Virus record (IMG/VR): IMGVR_UViG_3300044723_001152
Coordinates: 1-64,000 of that record
DNA length: 64,000 nt
Origin: a virus
Taxonomy: Duplodnaviria > Caudoviricetes
Strand: one strand, 5' to 3'
Positions within the stretch are counted from its first letter, which is position 1. Each line of letters opens with the position of its first letter. The position numbers and the translations under genes are program-made. Under the pieces are notes generated by a model that saw only the letters and a program-made list of their open reading frames with translations, was not told where the DNA came from and ran no database searches. Below are positions 54,820 to 64,000 of this stretch, in pieces.

Positions 54820-57800
54820 TTAAAACAAGAAGATTGTTTCTTCCTGTGTCGTTAATGCCGTGCCGTTTGCTTTTGTGAAATTTCTAAACGTATAGTTGTT
54901 ATTTCCAGATGCCGCAAAGGTAAATGTTGCGTTTGCCGTACTAAGATTGCCCTTCTTAAAGAAATCAACCTCACGTATCGCCTTACCTGTAGCCTCGTCT
55001 GCCTTCGCAATTGCCTGGGTTCCAACCTTAGATCCAACAGGTAATGTCGCACCAGAGGCAGATATGGAAATACTACCAGAGGCGTCTGAACTGATTGTCG
55101 CACCACCTAGGTCAATCGTACTCGCACTTACGAATAATGTCCTCCATCTGAGAGCATCAGAACCAAGGTCGTATGTATCGTTTGCCGCAGGTAGTATGTG
55201 ACTATTGACCCTTGCGTTGAATACAACGTTGTCTGAACTTGCGTCACCTAGTGTTACGTTACCCGTAGTCGCAAGTGTCGTAAATGAACCTGCCGCACCA
55301 CCACCTGTAACGTCTGTTAAGAATGCCAATGTGCCACTACCATCTTGTAGTGTGATTGTCCTATCTGCTGTAGGGTTCGTAACTGTTAAAGTCGTTTCAA
55401 AACTGTTCGATGAACTACCCTCGAATACGATACTACTATCTGTGAGTGATAGACCAGAGACAAGAGGACTCGTCAATGTCTTGTTCGTCAATGTGTCTGT
55501 CGTTGCCTTACCAACTAATGTATCTGTGGCATTTGGTAGAGTAATAGTTCTATCTGCTGTTGGGTCTGTTACCGCTAAAGTTGTTTCAAAACTATCTGAT
55601 GTACTTCCCTCAAAGATAATTGTTGGGCTATTGATAGTTGGACTATTGATAGTTGGACTGGTTAAAACTTTATTGGTTAAAGTTTCTGAACCAGTTAATG
55701 AAACGAAACTATCACCTTGTAGTGCCGTGTTAAATTCAGATAGACTACCAGAAATGGTGTTACTATCTAAATCAATTGACTTATTCGTTAGTGTGTCTGT
55801 TGTCGCCTTACCAACTAATGTATCAGAAGCATTTGGTAACGTGATTGTCCTATCTGCTGTTGGATCTGTTACCGTCAATGTGGTCTCAAAAGAATCCGCA
55901 GTAGAACCCTCAAAGATAATATTACCAGTGGTTGATGTGTTGCCTGTTATAGTAGGTGTGGCAAGTGTTCCACTATTGATTGTAGGACTTGTTAAAACTT
56001 TGTTCGTTAGTGTTTCACTACCAGTCAATGAGACAAAACTATCGTCCTGTAATGCTGTGTTAAATTCTGCTAGTGTACCAGAGATAGTATTACCATCTAA
56101 ATCAATTGACTTATTCGTTAGTGTGTCAGTAGTGGCTTTACCTACAAGTGTGTCCGTTGCCGTAGGCATTGTGAGTGTCGTAGAACCATTTGGTTTTAAT
56201 GAAGCGATAACTGGTGTCGTTAATGTCTTATTCGTTAGTGTGTCAGTTGTTGCTTTGCCAACAAGAGTATCACTTCCACTCGACGGTAATGAAAGCGTAA
56301 TATCACTTGATGGATTACCTGGTGAAAGCGTTGTTTCAAAACTGTCGTCAGTAGAGCCTTCGAATACAAGATTACCTGTAATCGTACCAGTCAATGCGAT
56401 AGTGTCAGTTGCCGCGTTACCAAGTGTTATCGTTGAACCTGTCGTTGATGATGTACCAACTACTGTTAGGTTACCTTCTACTTGTACGTTCGCTCCTGAC
56501 ATTGTAAGAGCGGCAGTAGAACTTGAACTTGATTTGATTACAAGTTGTCCACTTGAATTACTAAATCGTCCAAACTCCGTGCCATCGTCTTTTAAAATAA
56601 TGTCCTGTTCACCTGCGTCTAAGATAATATCTGTTGCCGCGTCTAGTGTGATAGAACTATTACTATCAATCTCAGCAATTACAGGTGTCGTTAAAGTCTT
56701 GTTTGTTAATGTATCAGTGGTCGCTTTACCCACTAATGTGTCCGTAGCATTTGGTAATGATAATGTTCTATCTGCTGTTGGATCTACCGTTGTTAATGTT
56801 GTCTCAAAACTATCTGCTGTCGCCCCTTCGAATACAAAGGCATTCTGAATATTGATTGTCGTACTATCTACTGTGGTTGTGGAACCTTGAACTGTGAGAG
56901 TACCCGCAACTGTTAAATCACCTGCGGCAGTTAAATTCGCACCACTAAATGTTAATGCGGTTGTCGTGCCTGATTTAACAATTAAATTACCAGATGTATT
57001 TGTTAGACTACCAAAAGTTGTACCGTCATCTTTTAAGAAAACGTCACCACCGCCTGCGTCTAATGTGATATCTTGTACAGCGTCTAACTCTATGCCACCA
57101 GTACCGTCTATGTGTGCGATGACTGGAGTTGTAAGTTGTTTGTTCGTTAGTGTCTCACTACCAGTCAATGAGGCAAAACTCTCTGATTGTAAGGCACTAT
57201 TAAATTCTGCTAGAGAACCAGTGAGTGTGTTGTTGCCTAAATCTATACTCTTATTTGTGAGTGTATCAGTTGTTGCTTTACCAACTAATGTGTCTGTCGC
57301 ATTTGGTAATGTAATAGTACGGTCAGCGTCTGGGTCTGATACTGTTAGAGTTGTTTCAAAACTATCTGCGGTACTGCCCTCGAAAGTTATCGTGCCACCT
57401 AGTGTTAAGTTTGTGATACTTGGACTTGCGTCTAGGTTAACTGTGATAGCATTGTCTGATACTGCCGTGTTGATGTTCGTGCCACCAGTGAATGTGAGTG
57501 TATCATTCGCCAATGCGACACTATCGTTCGAACCACTATCCGCGGCAACTGTTAATGCCGTTGTGATAGAAGCCGTACTCGCAGCCGTGACTAAACCTTT
57601 AGCGTTTACTGTTACAACTGGTATCGTTGTCGTAGAACCAAATGACCCTACGTTACTATTTACTGTTGCGAAAGTTAACACACCACCTGTTGACATTGTA
57701 GCGTCACCAGATACCATCGCTGTTACTGGTAATGTACCACCAGTCGTTGGTAATGATACTGTGATATCACTTGATGGGTTACCTGGTGTTAGTGTCGTTT

Positions 57801-58617
57801 CAAAACTGTCTGCTGTGCCACCCTCGAATACTAAACTACCTGTTATCGTACCTGTGAAAGCGACCGTGTCTGTTGCGGCGTCACCTAGTGATATGGAACC
57901 ACCAGTGAATGTCGTTGTACCTGCCACGGTAAGATTACCAGCGATTGTGGTATTCGCACCTGACATGGTGATATTTGTTGTCGATGAACTACCTGAGGCA
58001 ATTCGTAATTCGCCAGAGTTGTTCGTTAATCTACCAAACTCCGTGCCACCATCTTTGAGTATGATGTCCGCACCATCAGCGTCAAGTATGATATCACCAC
58101 CTGTGTCGAGTGTGAAGTCACCCGCAGCCTGATTTATCTGTGCGATGGTAGGCGTGTTTAGTGTCTTGTTTGATAATGCCTCTGTGCCAGTCAATGAGAC
58201 AAAACTATCGTCCTGTAATGCTGTGTTAAATTCTGCTAATGTACCTGTTATGGTATTGGCGTCTAGGTCTATGGTCTTGTTTGTGAGTGTGAGTGTCTCT
58301 GTTCTTCTACTATCAATATATGCTTTGATACTCTCACCAGAGTTTATCGAGGTGTCACTTGTCTCACCCGTCATCGTATCACTATCAACAATCGCTGTCG
58401 ATATGAAGTTACCTCCATCTGACTGTATCTGTAAGAATGAACCTCTCGTTGTCTGGTTAATCGTTACGTCCGTTAATGAGGCTATGTTTGAAACTGAGGT
58501 TACTGTGCCAGATTCCGCAGGAACTGAAACTGAAACCTGATTAGGACCAGACGAATTGGTCGATGTAATCTTCGCCTTCTTGGCGTTTGTGCTTGAAACT
58601 CTACCCTTTAATGCCAT
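54820..58617 (-). CDS. Long tail fibre-like repeat protein (1265 aa)
   Basis: Many T/S/G-rich repeats; C-terminal [22 protein letters not shown]. Confidence 0.8.
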   Translation of the reverse strand: MALKGRVSSTNAKKAKITSTNSSGPNQVSVSVPAESGTVTSVSNIASLTDVTINQTTRGSFLQIQSDGGNFISTAIVDSDTMTGETSDTSINSGESIKAYIDSRRTETLTLTNKTIDLDANTITGTLAEFNTALQDDSFVSLTGTEALSNKTLNTPTIAQINQAAGDFTLDTGGDIILDADGADIILKDGGTEFGRLTNNSGELRIASGSSSTTNITMSGANTTIAGNLTVAGTTTFTGGSISLGDAATDTVAFTGTITGSLVFEGGTADSFETTLTPGNPSSDITVSLPTTGGTLPVTAMVSGDATMSTGGVLTFATVNSNVGSFGSTTTIPVVTVNAKGLVTAASTASITTALTVAADSGSNDSVALANDTLTFTGGTNINTAVSDNAITVNLDASPSITNLTLGGTITFEGSTADSFETTLTVSDPDADRTITLPNATDTLVGKATTDTLTNKSIDLGNNTLTGSLAEFNSALQSESFASLTGSETLTNKQLTTPVIAHIDGTGGIELDAVQDITLDAGGGDVFLKDDGTTFGSLTNTSGNLIVKSGTTTALTFSGANLTAAGDLTVAGTLTVQGSTTTVDSTTINIQNAFVFEGATADSFETTLTTVDPTADRTLSLPNATDTLVGKATTDTLTNKTLTTPVIAEIDSNSSITLDAATDIILDAGEQDIILKDDGTEFGRFSNSSGQLVIKSSSSSTAALTMSGANVQVEGNLTVVGTSSTTGSTITLGNAATDTIALTGTITGNLVFEGSTDDSFETTLSPGNPSSDITLSLPSSGSDTLVGKATTDTLTNKTLTTPVIASLKPNGSTTLTMPTATDTLVGKATTDTLTNKSIDLDGNTISGTLAEFNTALQDDSFVSLTGSETLTNKVLTSPTINSGTLATPTITGNTSTTGNIIFEGSTADSFETTLTVTDPTADRTITLPNASDTLVGKATTDTLTNKSIDLDSNTISGSLSEFNTALQGDSFVSLTGSETLTNKVLTSPTINSPTINSPTIIFEGSTSDSFETTLAVTDPTADRTITLPNATDTLVGKATTDTLTNKTLTSPLVSGLSLTDSSIVFEGSSSNSFETTLTVTNPTADRTITLQDGSGTLAFLTDVTGGGAAGSFTTLATTGNVTLGDASSDNVVFNARVNSHILPAANDTYDLGSDALRWRTLFVSASTIDLGGATISSDASGSISISASGATLPVGSKVGTQAIAKADEATGKAIREVDFFKKGNLSTANATFTFAASGNNNYTFRNFTKANGTALTTQEETIFLF

Positions 58618-58635
58618 GATACCCCTAGTATCAAC

Positions 58636-58643
58636 TATTTATA
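58636..58643 (-). promoter_or_regulatory. gp55 late promoter
   Basis: TATAAATA upstream of the 1265-aa fibre gene. Confidence 0.75.
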
Positions 58644-58647
58644 AGGA

Positions 58648-58989
58648 TTATCTTGTGGCGTTGGGTGAAACTGTGACTATGCCTTGGATAACACGGGTTA
58701 CTGAACTGTCTGCCGTTTTGGTCAGTTCCACATCATACACATAACGACCTTCATCTAATGTGGCCGTCTGTGTTGGTGTTAGTGATATCGTAATCTCACC
58801 AGTAGCCCTATCAGTGGCGAATCCCACAGTAAAGGTGGCACTCGCACTTGATGAACTGTAAGATTTTCTTATCTGTGACGCACCAGTATAACCTGTCGTA
58901 TCAAATAGGGAATCATCATCATTGAATACCGTGATGGTACTACTGAATGAAGCCCCTTGGTCTATCAGTAAATTTGCGATTGCTGCCAT
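58648..58989 (-). CDS. Conserved small virion protein (Ig/BppU-N-like adaptor)
   Basis: NLLIDQGASF, ASQIRKSY, GRYVYDVEL...TRVIQGIVTVSP. Confidence 0.75.
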   Translation of the reverse strand: MAAIANLLIDQGASFSSTITVFNDDDSLFDTTGYTGASQIRKSYSSSSASATFTVGFATDRATGEITISLTPTQTATLDEGRYVYDVELTKTADSSVTRVIQGIVTVSPNATR

Positions 58990-58994
58990 AAAGA

Positions 58995-59270
58995 CTATTT
59001 ATCGTCTTTTGGTGCTTCTTCTGGTGTTGTTTCTAAAATTTCTTTTGGTATCGTGGTCTCGTAATATTTCAACAGTACATCTATCTTCTCAATCTCTAAT
59101 TGATGTTTGATTTTCTGTACTTGCATCTGTTGATATTGTTCCGCATGTAACTTACCCTTAGGTGTTAATGCGTCCATGTTTATATCTTGTGGTTGTTTTG
59201 CTTCGTCAGCCATAACTATCTCCATTCTTTCATCGTGTTTCTGTTGAATGGATAACTTTTTAGTTTCCAT
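58995..59270 (-). CDS. Small coiled-coil hypothetical protein; probable start ATG at 59213
   Basis: 91-aa ORF; Q-rich helix. Confidence 0.55.
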   Translation of the reverse strand: METKKLSIQQKHDERMEIVMADEAKQPQDINMDALTPKGKLHAEQYQQMQVQKIKHQLEIEKIDVLLKYYETTIPKEILETTPEEAPKDDK

Positions 59271-59716
59271 TTCATCGTAATCAACTTGACGTTTGATCCG
59301 TTTAAGTATTTATATACCGTCTTACCAGTCATTATGTACATGTGGTTAAATTTAACTCGTAAATCCACACCCTGTATGTTGATGTATGTATTATCGTCAG
59401 CCTCTATCACATAGAACCCATGTAGTTGCCACTCATCTTCATTACCCCACTCCGTCTCATGTTCATTATTGTGGACAAAAGTGTTGAATATAAAGTTAGG
59501 TCGTTCAGCGGGTACGAATTGTGCCAGGTTCTGGTTTATACATTTACCCGCAGCCATAATTACCTGCCCATGAAACCCCGCATAGTCATCACCCATGTTC
59601 GTGTTTGACCTAGTTGTCACACTGGCAAATTCTCTTACGAGAGATTGTTTCATAACGGCACTCAGGTCCGTCTCAAAAACGTTATCAGTTATTATTTGTA
59701 ATTTTTCTTCGTCCAT
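59216..59716 (-). CDS. Hypothetical protein, possibly a degenerate 2OG-oxygenase/DSBH fold
   Basis: Position in the oxygenase cluster and beta-strand pattern; no clear HxD...H triad. Confidence 0.5.
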   Translation of the reverse strand: MDEEKLQIITDNVFETDLSAVMKQSLVREFASVTTRSNTNMGDDYAGFHGQVIMAAGKCINQNLAQFVPAERPNFIFNTFVHNNEHETEWGNEDEWQLHGFYVIEADDNTYINIQGVDLRVKFNHMYIMTGKTVYKYLNGSNVKLITMKWKLKSYPFNRNTMKEWR

Positions 59717-60444
59717 ATCTTATTCCTATATATGTCAATATAATTAGAGAAGTAATCCCAACCCCACTTGTTCATATGTTTCTCGTATAATTTTGGTTCG
59801 TGTTTTACCTCCATCTTCCAATCGTCCCTCTTAAATGGAAATACCAGAGCGATGGGTGTGCCCTTCTTCACTATCTTAATAGGATTCTTGGTCTCGTCCC
59901 AATCTCGTAGGGCAAATGGAAAGTTGACATGATTTAAAAATTTATCAGTATCAACGATACCTGTGATTATCCTTATGTCTCGTCTCTCCGTGTTGAATGG
60001 TGGTGTGAATATACAACTATAACCTGGTGGTGTTTTAATTATCCATGGATTCAATAATTTCAATGCCATGGGCATCTCATCAGGATAGAAAGTATCTTCA
60101 GCAACCTGTGCTTGTGCGTGACCCTCTATCTTATAATTCAAATCAGGTGGATTAGGTTTTTGAATGAGGTCCTCTCTACCAGTAGTTCCAGTAATCTTAT
60201 AGTTACAACTACCATCTTCAAAAGTTTCGTGTGCTTCTTTAGTGAACGCTAGGTCAGATGGAGCCAGTATGGCATAACCCATTGATACAGCGTCTAATAC
60301 TGGGACACATTTCCTGATTGTTGGCATGTTCTGATCCTTATTGATGAGGACATCCAACTTCTTATACCAATCTGGCATGACCTTCTTAACAGGCACTGGG
60401 TGTAGAAACCAGTCAGCGTATTTACTTATAAATTCTATCTTCAT
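59692..60444 (-). CDS. Conserved hypothetical protein (DUF6065-like)
   Basis: PDWYKK, TIRKCVPVLDA..MGY, NPWIIKTPPGYS..F..P. Confidence 0.65.
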   Translation of the reverse strand: MKIEFISKYADWFLHPVPVKKVMPDWYKKLDVLINKDQNMPTIRKCVPVLDAVSMGYAILAPSDLAFTKEAHETFEDGSCNYKITGTTGREDLIQKPNPPDLNYKIEGHAQAQVAEDTFYPDEMPMALKLLNPWIIKTPPGYSCIFTPPFNTERRDIRIITGIVDTDKFLNHVNFPFALRDWDETKNPIKIVKKGTPIALVFPFKRDDWKMEVKHEPKLYEKHMNKWGWDYFSNYIDIYRNKIWTKKNYK

Positions 60445-61058
60445 TGTTTTTTGAATGCTGGTGGTAGACCAAGTAGTGGTCTGTTGTCAGCCTTTGTTTC
60501 AGAGTTCTCTATTGGATTGTAGTGATAGAATACCTGTGTACATACCTCACCTTCAAACTTTTCTCTCCAGTGTTCTACCTCACAACCTTTGTATACCAGA
60601 CAATCACCTGGGTTCAAATCGACCTGTTCGCCATCAGCGAATATTGGCCATGGGTCACCACCTAAATTCATCGTCAGGGAAATCTCACATGATTTCCTAT
60701 CTGTGTGTCTATCTAACGTGGCACCATTCGTGTATACCCTACCAAAAGTGTACATCTCAACTAATTTTTTACCAATCACCTGTTCTACCTTAGGTTGTAC
60801 CATCAACATGTGGCTATCAAACAACGGGTCACCATATAGAGAATACATGCCAGGGCATTGTGGGTCATTGAATGTTCCGTGTATCATCTCCTCAGGTGGT
60901 ATATATTGAGCGTCAAATAATTTTGCCGCAACATTTCTCTTTAGTATGAAATAATTACTGAATACCTTTGCCATATCTCCAGTGATTAACTCATCGATAA
61001 CCATATACTTCTCTCTATCAAAATCTATCATCGCCATTCTGGTCCTCTCAGCCAACAC
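60441..61058 (-). CDS. 2OG-Fe(II) oxygenase
   Basis: LDRHTDRKSCEIS, HWREKF, QVFYHY. Confidence 0.85.
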   Translation of the reverse strand: MLAERTRMAMIDFDREKYMVIDELITGDMAKVFSNYFILKRNVAAKLFDAQYIPPEEMIHGTFNDPQCPGMYSLYGDPLFDSHMLMVQPKVEQVIGKKLVEMYTFGRVYTNGATLDRHTDRKSCEISLTMNLGGDPWPIFADGEQVDLNPGDCLVYKGCEVEHWREKFEGEVCTQVFYHYNPIENSETKADNRPLLGLPPAFKKQ

Positions 61059-61651
61059 ACTACAGAATATCTAGTGCCTCTTGTTATGGGTTTAACTCTA
61101 TGCCAAAAGAAACTAGGGAAGACTACCAACTGCCCTCTCTCTTTTGAAATCTTTATAATTCGTCTATCTTCTGGTTCATCTGGAGCAATCATTGGATCAA
61201 TAATCTCTAAATCACCACCATCATATTCTGATGGGTCAGTTATATTACACACTATCGACACCTTACGTTGTCTCCCTTGAATATCATCGCTCTTCATATC
61301 TTCGTGGTCAGGATCAAATTGATCCGTGTGCCACCCATAATGTCCATCTGGAGCATTGTATATTGTGAACTGTATGGGTTCTGGTCGAACGGTCTCCCAT
61401 CCAACATGTTGACATATACCCATCGCACCCTCACATACCCACTTTGCTATCCATGCCTCACTACGAAACCATGATACGTTTGATTTTCTTCTCTTATGTA
61501 GATCCTCTAGGTATTCCTTATCGTCTGATAGTTTATCATCACCAGTCGTGCCTAATGTATTTTGTTTCGTCTTACCATATTCTATAATCTGGTCACATAT
61601 GTGGTCTGGTATCCTCTTTGGTAGTAGATACACTGGTGGATTAAAACTCAT
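61028..61651 (-). CDS. 2OG-Fe(II) oxygenase (PKHD/prolyl-hydroxylase-like)
   Basis: YGWHTD, RKVS, YDGGDL, FPSFFWHRVKPITRGTRYSVVCW. Confidence 0.9.
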   Translation of the reverse strand: MSFNPPVYLLPKRIPDHICDQIIEYGKTKQNTLGTTGDDKLSDDKEYLEDLHKRRKSNVSWFRSEAWIAKWVCEGAMGICQHVGWETVRPEPIQFTIYNAPDGHYGWHTDQFDPDHEDMKSDDIQGRQRKVSIVCNITDPSEYDGGDLEIIDPMIAPDEPEDRRIIKISKERGQLVVFPSFFWHRVKPITRGTRYSVVCWLRGPEWR

Positions 61652-62175
61652 TTCTCAATACCCATCGACATAATTATCCTTGGTTCCATCGCTATCGCTT
61701 TGTGGCACTTCTTAGGTGGTATGTAGATGAAATCACCCTTACGAATGCTATAATCTTTATCACCAAACACCCTATATATAGTGTGACCGTATAACCCTAT
61801 TATATACACATGTTCCCAGTCTTGGTGTGAGGCACCAGATAGTGCCATGAATGTTAGATGTAAGTGTATATCACTATACTTGTTATCTGGGTTGAAAATT
61901 TTATTGAAGACTTTTAGATATGTTTCGAAGAAAAGATCCTTCTCCACATTCCTTACTTGTAACTGTGTCGATAATATGCCACCAGCGCCATGTGGTCTAA
62001 ATGCTGGACTCTTAAACTCAGAACCTAGTTCATGTCGTTCCAGTATTTCCGCTAGAAAATTAAAATCTGTCTCTTGTTTGATTTCTGTAAAGTTTGGTAT
62101 ATATACTACTTCTTTTCCGGCATTGATTTTCACAATCAAATCCTCCGTTAGAGCCAACTCACTTGTCCATCCCAT
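61648..62175 (-). CDS. JmjC/cupin-like oxygenase
   Basis: HQD...GDFIYIP...HKA...RIIMS. Confidence 0.75.
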   Translation of the reverse strand: MGWTSELALTEDLIVKINAGKEVVYIPNFTEIKQETDFNFLAEILERHELGSEFKSPAFRPHGAGGILSTQLQVRNVEKDLFFETYLKVFNKIFNPDNKYSDIHLHLTFMALSGASHQDWEHVYIIGLYGHTIYRVFGDKDYSIRKGDFIYIPPKKCHKAIAMEPRIIMSMGIEK

Positions 62176-62211
62176 ATCATCACCTTTTTAATTATATAGT
62201 TAGAAAAAAAA

Positions 62212-62757
62212 CTAACAGAAATTGGTATCAGTCATATGACCGTGAATATCACAACCTTTGTATTCACCACCTGGTAGTAAAAAACCACTCTCATCAGTAT
62301 TAGGTATCCATGTCGTACAGTCACCTTGTGTACCATCTATATTACCAGTACCTAACGCAACTGTTGGCCACTGTATGCCTGAGTGAAATACATCACCAGA
62401 AACATAACCAGCCCATGATTTCCAATTCTTACTTGCGTCAGCGTCAAACATATCTCTTAATTTCTGTCTGTATGCTTTGATACGATCCTGAACCGTGCTG
62501 TTATCGATGTATGGACTATCTGTTCCAACTAAGAAATCAGATTGCATTAATAATCTGTTTCTCACATCTTTAATCATATCCGTAGGATAAAGTCTCCTAT
62601 CGTGTATAGTGTTAACACCTGTGCCTGAAAGATTATGTTTGTCTATCCATTTATCCACTGCTGCTGTATCACCTACCTCATAATCACAATTGAATACACT
62701 GGTATTGGAAATCTCTACAACATATCCCACACTATCCGTTCTTACAAATTTTGCCAT
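62212..62757 (-). CDS. Tail fibre assembly chaperone-like protein
   Basis: RNRLLMQSDF....D.P...AYRQKLRDM; follows a fibre gene. Confidence 0.7.
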   Translation of the reverse strand: MAKFVRTDSVGYVVEISNTSVFNCDYEVGDTAAVDKWIDKHNLSGTGVNTIHDRRLYPTDMIKDVRNRLLMQSDFLVGTDSPYIDNSTVQDRIKAYRQKLRDMFDADASKNWKSWAGYVSGDVFHSGIQWPTVALGTGNIDGTQGDCTTWIPNTDESGFLLPGGEYKGCDIHGHMTDTNFC

Positions 62758-62768
62758 CTCTATATCTC

Positions 62769-63581
62769 CTAAGCGTGCATGTCAACAAGAAGAACTTGAC
62801 CAGCCCCTCCAGATCCACCTGTTCCGTTTCCTGATCCACCAGTTCCTCCACCACCTACTGTGACAGATTGTGTTGATCCGTATTCACCAGATCCTAGGAA
62901 AGCAAATGCGTTTCCGCCAGCCCCTCCAGCACCACCTGGTGCGTTATTAGTTGGGTGTCCAGCACCTGGACTTCCTCCGCCGCCTTTACCAGCCGCTGTG
63001 AATGCTGAGTTAACAACTGTGCTACCTCTACCCGCTCCGTAGATACCTACGAAAGATCCAGTTTGTGTTCCAGCACTACCGGAACTGCCTGGTTGATTTG
63101 AACCCGCATTTTGTCCACCTTGTCCTCCGTTACCACCATTAGCAGCCACTAGAGTTCCAAAGGTAGTATTTCCTCCAGCATTTCCACTTGGACGTCTGTT
63201 AATATCACCAGCGGGAGTTCCACCCCCACCGCCTCCACCAGCACCTGTTGACATGACCACAACGAATTGTGAAGCCGTGCCTGCCGTGAATGTTCCTGGA
63301 TTATTGAATGTCGCACCCGTATCGTCTGTGATACCTCCTGCCGCACCAAATTCTAAAGCAGAACCTGGAGAAGCAACTTTTAAAACTTGTCCTGCGGTAC
63401 CTGATCCAAGACGTGCCAATGGTAATATTCCAGAACCAATGTTGGCTGCGTCAGTGGTATCCGTAGTCGCACTTGCAGCCAAACCACTTACTTTAGTAGC
63501 CGCAACTGCCGCAGAAGCGTTAACATCAGCGTCGAGTATTGTACCGTCAGTAATCTGACTTGATTTGATTCTAGTTACCAT
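62769..63581 (-). CDS. Glycine-rich short fibre/adhesin protein
   Basis: GAGGGGGGG and GGNGGQGG motifs; late promoter at 63601-63608 and SD AGGAG. Confidence 0.75.
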   Translation of the reverse strand: MVTRIKSSQITDGTILDADVNASAAVAATKVSGLAASATTDTTDAANIGSGILPLARLGSGTAGQVLKVASPGSALEFGAAGGITDDTGATFNNPGTFTAGTASQFVVVMSTGAGGGGGGGTPAGDINRRPSGNAGGNTTFGTLVAANGGNGGQGGQNAGSNQPGSSGSAGTQTGSFVGIYGAGRGSTVVNSAFTAAGKGGGGSPGAGHPTNNAPGGAGGAGGNAFAFLGSGEYGSTQSVTVGGGGTGGSGNGTGGSGGAGQVLLVDMHA

Positions 63582-63600
63582 TGTTTTTCTCCTATAATAG

Positions 63601-63608
63601 TATTTATA
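63601..63608 (-). promoter_or_regulatory. gp55 late promoter
   Basis: TATAAATA upstream of the Gly-rich fibre gene. Confidence 0.75.
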
Positions 63609-63632
63609 ATAGATTTACTCTATATATAAAAT

Positions 63633-63998
63633 TTAATAAGTCACCACAACTCTATCACCTGAACCTGGTGCCGTGTCTAACGTGAGTGTAGTGCCTGAAT
63701 ATGTAAAGTCTTCCGTAGGTTCCTGTCTCACACCGTTTATTGATACGATGAATTGGTTTACATTGTATCCTGAACCTACTGTGAGTGCCACTGTTGAACC
63801 ATCTCCGTCTAATGTCGCTTTGTTGGCATAACTTGCCACTTTGAATGTCTCGTTTGGTAATGTTATAGTCCTATCTGCTGTAGGGTCTGTGACGGATAAC
63901 GTTGTCTCAAAACTGTCCGCGGTACCACCCTCAAATACAATTGAACCAGATGATACGACAAAACCCGTACCAGTGACGGTACTCGTTGAAGTAATCGC
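63633..63998 (-). CDS. C-terminal part of a fibre protein starting beyond the window; paralog of 50848..53148
   Basis: The frame is open from the right edge: AITSTSTVTGTGF...[13 protein letters not shown]...KVASYANKATLDG...GDRVVVTY. The 68-aa ORF in the track is only its tail. Confidence 0.85.
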   Translation of the reverse strand, partial: AITSTSTVTGTGFVVSSGSIVFEGGTADSFETTLSVTDPTADRTITLPNETFKVASYANKATLDGDGSTVALTVGSGYNVNQFIVSINGVRQEPTEDFTYSGTTLTLDTAPGSGDRVVVTY

Positions 63999-64000
63999 AC

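Larger units (their letters stand above)
50848..58617. repeat. Dispersed coding repeats shared by three fibre genes and the partial gene at the right edge
   Basis: Recurrent peptide modules [48 protein letters not shown] and LDADG.DI.LKD.GT.FG. Tandem 15-bp duplication (SPTIN) near 55628-55657. Confidence 0.9.

Noticed and set aside
51470-58540. Long + strand ORFs (411, 547, 412 aa and others) opposite the fibre genes
   Set aside because: These are antisense shadows of T/S/G/A-rich repeat coding sequence, whose codons rarely produce stops on the opposite strand. They have no promoter, SD or independent motifs.
50848-58617. Possible CRISPR array or diversity-generating retroelement in the repeat region
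   Set aside because: The repeats are in-frame coding modules diverged mainly at synonymous sites, with no constant repeat and unique spacer pattern. I saw no reverse transcriptase or adenine-specific TR/VR pair in the window, despite the Mtd_N-like domain.

Overview
This is a 64-kb segment of a T4-like myovirus of the marine/aquatic type (HTVC008M- or cyanomyophage-like gene order, AT-rich). Virtually all genes are on the minus strand. In transcription order (right to left) it contains: tail-fibre and adhesin genes built from shared repeat modules, interrupted by a cluster of 2OG-Fe(II)/JmjC oxygenases; neck, terminase, tail and head genes (gp13-gp23, gp3); uvsY, uvsW, gp55, gp47, gp46; two glycosyltransferases; an early vWA/CobS(MoxR) pair; ribosomal protein bS21; Hsp20; a Dam-like methylase next to a PD-(D/E)xK-like nuclease; the replisome (gp45, gp44, gp62, regA, gp43, uvsX, gp41) with an MBD4-like glycosylase and a DUF4338/DruA-like gene; and a late-promoter-driven cluster of modular, probably head-packaged proteins carrying ligase-like, P-loop kinase, HIGH-nucleotidyltransferase and HAD domains. 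I saw no tRNA, rRNA, CRISPR array, integrase, intron or intein. The most notable observations are the putative injected enzyme cluster, promoters that give leaderless mRNAs alongside a phage bS21 with a possible SD-sequestering leader, a compact three-element structured RNA with an H-type pseudoknot upstream of hsp20, a perfect antisense sigma70 promoter pointing into uvsW, and a possible DNA glycosylation/methylation plus nuclease system. All family assignments come from motif recognition by eye, not from database searches.
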